From: Deltaproteobacteria bacterium
GTDB lineage: Bacteria; Desulfobacterota; Desulfobulbia; Desulfobulbales; VMSU01
Length of the DNA: 64,000 nucleotides
Reading direction: 5' to 3'
Assembly: GCA_021782655.1 (NCBI GenBank)
Contig: JAJXUT010000001.1
Span: forward strand, 5,704 to 69,703
A program made the position numbers and the translations under genes. This document shows, piece by piece, positions 62,926 to 64,000 of the stretch. Under the pieces are notes generated by a model. That model was not told where the DNA came from, searched no databases, and saw only the letters and a list, made by a program, of their open reading frames with translations. The first letter of the stretch is position 1. Each line of letters opens with the position of its first letter.

Positions 62926-63331
62926 CCCCCTCGTCCCGGCAGAGGAGCTTTCCTTCAGCTACTCCCGCAGCTCCGGCCCGGGCGGGCAGCACGTCAACAA
63001 GGTGAGCAGCCGGGTCACCCTGTGGTTTGATCTAGACGCCTCGCCCTCCCTAACCGACGAACAGAAGGCCCGGTTGCGGCAAGGGCTGGCGGGACGGCTC
63101 AACCGCCAGGGTCGGCTGTGGCTGGTGGCCAGGGCCTCGCGCAGCCAGACGATGAACCGGCAGGCGGCAGTGCGACGTTTTTATGAATTGATCAGCCAGG
63201 CCCTGGCGGAGGAGACGCCCCGCCGCCCGACCAGGGTTCCTCGTGCCTCCCGGGCCGCAAGACTAACCGCCAAACGGCATCGCGCCCGCATCAAGCGAGA
63301 GGGCCGCGGCAAGATCGCCACCGATGAGTGA
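62918..63331 (+). CDS. arfB: Alternative ribosome-rescue factor ArfB (peptidyl-tRNA hydrolase, GGQ)
   Basis: SRSSGPGGQHVNKVSSRVTL... with a basic C-terminal tail RHRARIKREGRGK. Start overlaps the upstream gene by 8 nt. Confidence 0.9.
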   Translation: MPDPLVPAEELSFSYSRSSGPGGQHVNKVSSRVTLWFDLDASPSLTDEQKARLRQGLAGRLNRQGRLWLVARASRSQTMNRQAAVRRFYELISQALAEETPRRPTRVPRASRAARLTAKRHRARIKREGRGKIATDE

Positions 63332-64000
63332 ACCGCCAGGGGACGATTTCCCCCGTCAATACGCCCGGCAGTGGGCCGCCCAGCTTGTCCGCGAGTTCGA
63401 GGGCCTCTGTTTCCAGCACCGGCTGGACCTGCCCGTGCCGGCCATCGAGTTTTTCACGGCGGAGCATCAGCTGGGCGAGTGGCGGGCGGCGGGCCAGACC
63501 ATCCGCCTAAACTGGCGGCTGATCATGGAACGGCCCTGGCAGGTGACCATCAACGTCTTCAAGCACGAGATGGCCCACCAGTTGTGCGGCCACTGGGGAT
63601 ACCACCAAGCCGGGCATGGGCCGCTGTTTGATAGGGCCTGCCAGCGCTTGGGGGTGCCGGCCGCCTACCGGCGGGCGAGCGGGGATACGCCCGTGCTCTT
63701 TGACGACCTGGCGGCGGCGGATACCACGCTGGGCGAGGGCCGCCGTTTCCTAGCCAAGGTGGAGAAACTCCTGGCCCTGGGACGCTCACCCAACGAACAT
63801 GAGGCGGCCCTGGCCATGCGCAAGGCCAACGAGCTGATTGCCAGGCACAACCTGAATCTCGATGCGGACGGGGAAGCCCCCAAGCGCCGTTATCGCCGGG
63901 CGGTGATCGACTGCGGCGGGAGGCGCATCCAGGGCTGGCAGCGGACCATCGGCGGCATCCTGACCAGTTTTTTCTATGTCGACCTGGTGCTGGCCGACAC
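63324..64000 (+). CDS. SprT-like HExxH metalloprotease domain + DUF2786-like domain protein (3' end beyond window)
   Basis: Read manually; absent from the ORF track because there is no stop in the window. MSEPPGDDF...INVFKHEMAHQLCGHWG (HExxH)...KVEKLLALGRSPNEHEAALAMRKANELIARHNL (DUF2786-type). ATG overlaps the arfB stop by 8 nt. Confidence 0.7.
   Translation, partial: MSEPPGDDFPRQYARQWAAQLVREFEGLCFQHRLDLPVPAIEFFTAEHQLGEWRAAGQTIRLNWRLIMERPWQVTINVFKHEMAHQLCGHWGYHQAGHGPLFDRACQRLGVPAAYRRASGDTPVLFDDLAAADTTLGEGRRFLAKVEKLLALGRSPNEHEAALAMRKANELIARHNLNLDADGEAPKRRYRRAVIDCGGRRIQGWQRTIGGILTSFFYVDLVLAD

Overview
High-GC bacterial chromosome segment. Sampled native lines run about two-thirds G+C. Gene content fits a sulfur-metabolising, Desulfobacterota-like anaerobe: DsrC, an AhbD-like radical SAM enzyme, type III glutamine synthetase, PEP-CTERM/PrsT, and many c-di-GMP/cNMP sensor proteins. 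Most of the window is housekeeping: rpmH-rnpA-yidD-yidC-jag-mnmE, purA, tatC, hemE/hemH, nadB, holA, clpS-clpA, panE, metK-ahcY, ligA, glnN and arfB. I saw no rRNA, tRNA, CRISPR array, transposase or integrase. All family calls come from motif recognition by eye; no BLAST or HMM search was run.

The main stand-outs are:
1. A sharply AT-rich single-gene island (about 32.5-33.9 kb) encoding an HNH nuclease with an unassignable C-terminal region. It lies between hemH and yhbY, just upstream of a 1081-aa EndoQ-like PHP nuclease fused to a UvrD helicase.
2. A minus-strand operon (9.5-13.5 kb) encoding PilZ, a small RHH-like protein, a zinc-finger ParA ATPase and a zinc-ribbon/TM/retropepsin protein. 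It sits beside a stand-alone MshEN c-di-GMP receptor domain protein, a cNMP-HDOD protein and an M23 + GIY-YIG fusion.
3. tatC interrupted by a 1-nt frameshift in a T9 homopolymer, next to a second apparently frameshifted gene (YkgJ-like CxxCxxCC).
4. Two families of dispersed, structured intergenic repeats: 3 copies of one and 4 of the other.
5. An ahbD-like/hemE/HD/hemH cluster suggesting a hybrid anaerobic heme route.
6. A compact five-gene lipoprotein operon with two FlgO-like paralogues, next to PEP-CTERM/PrsT genes.
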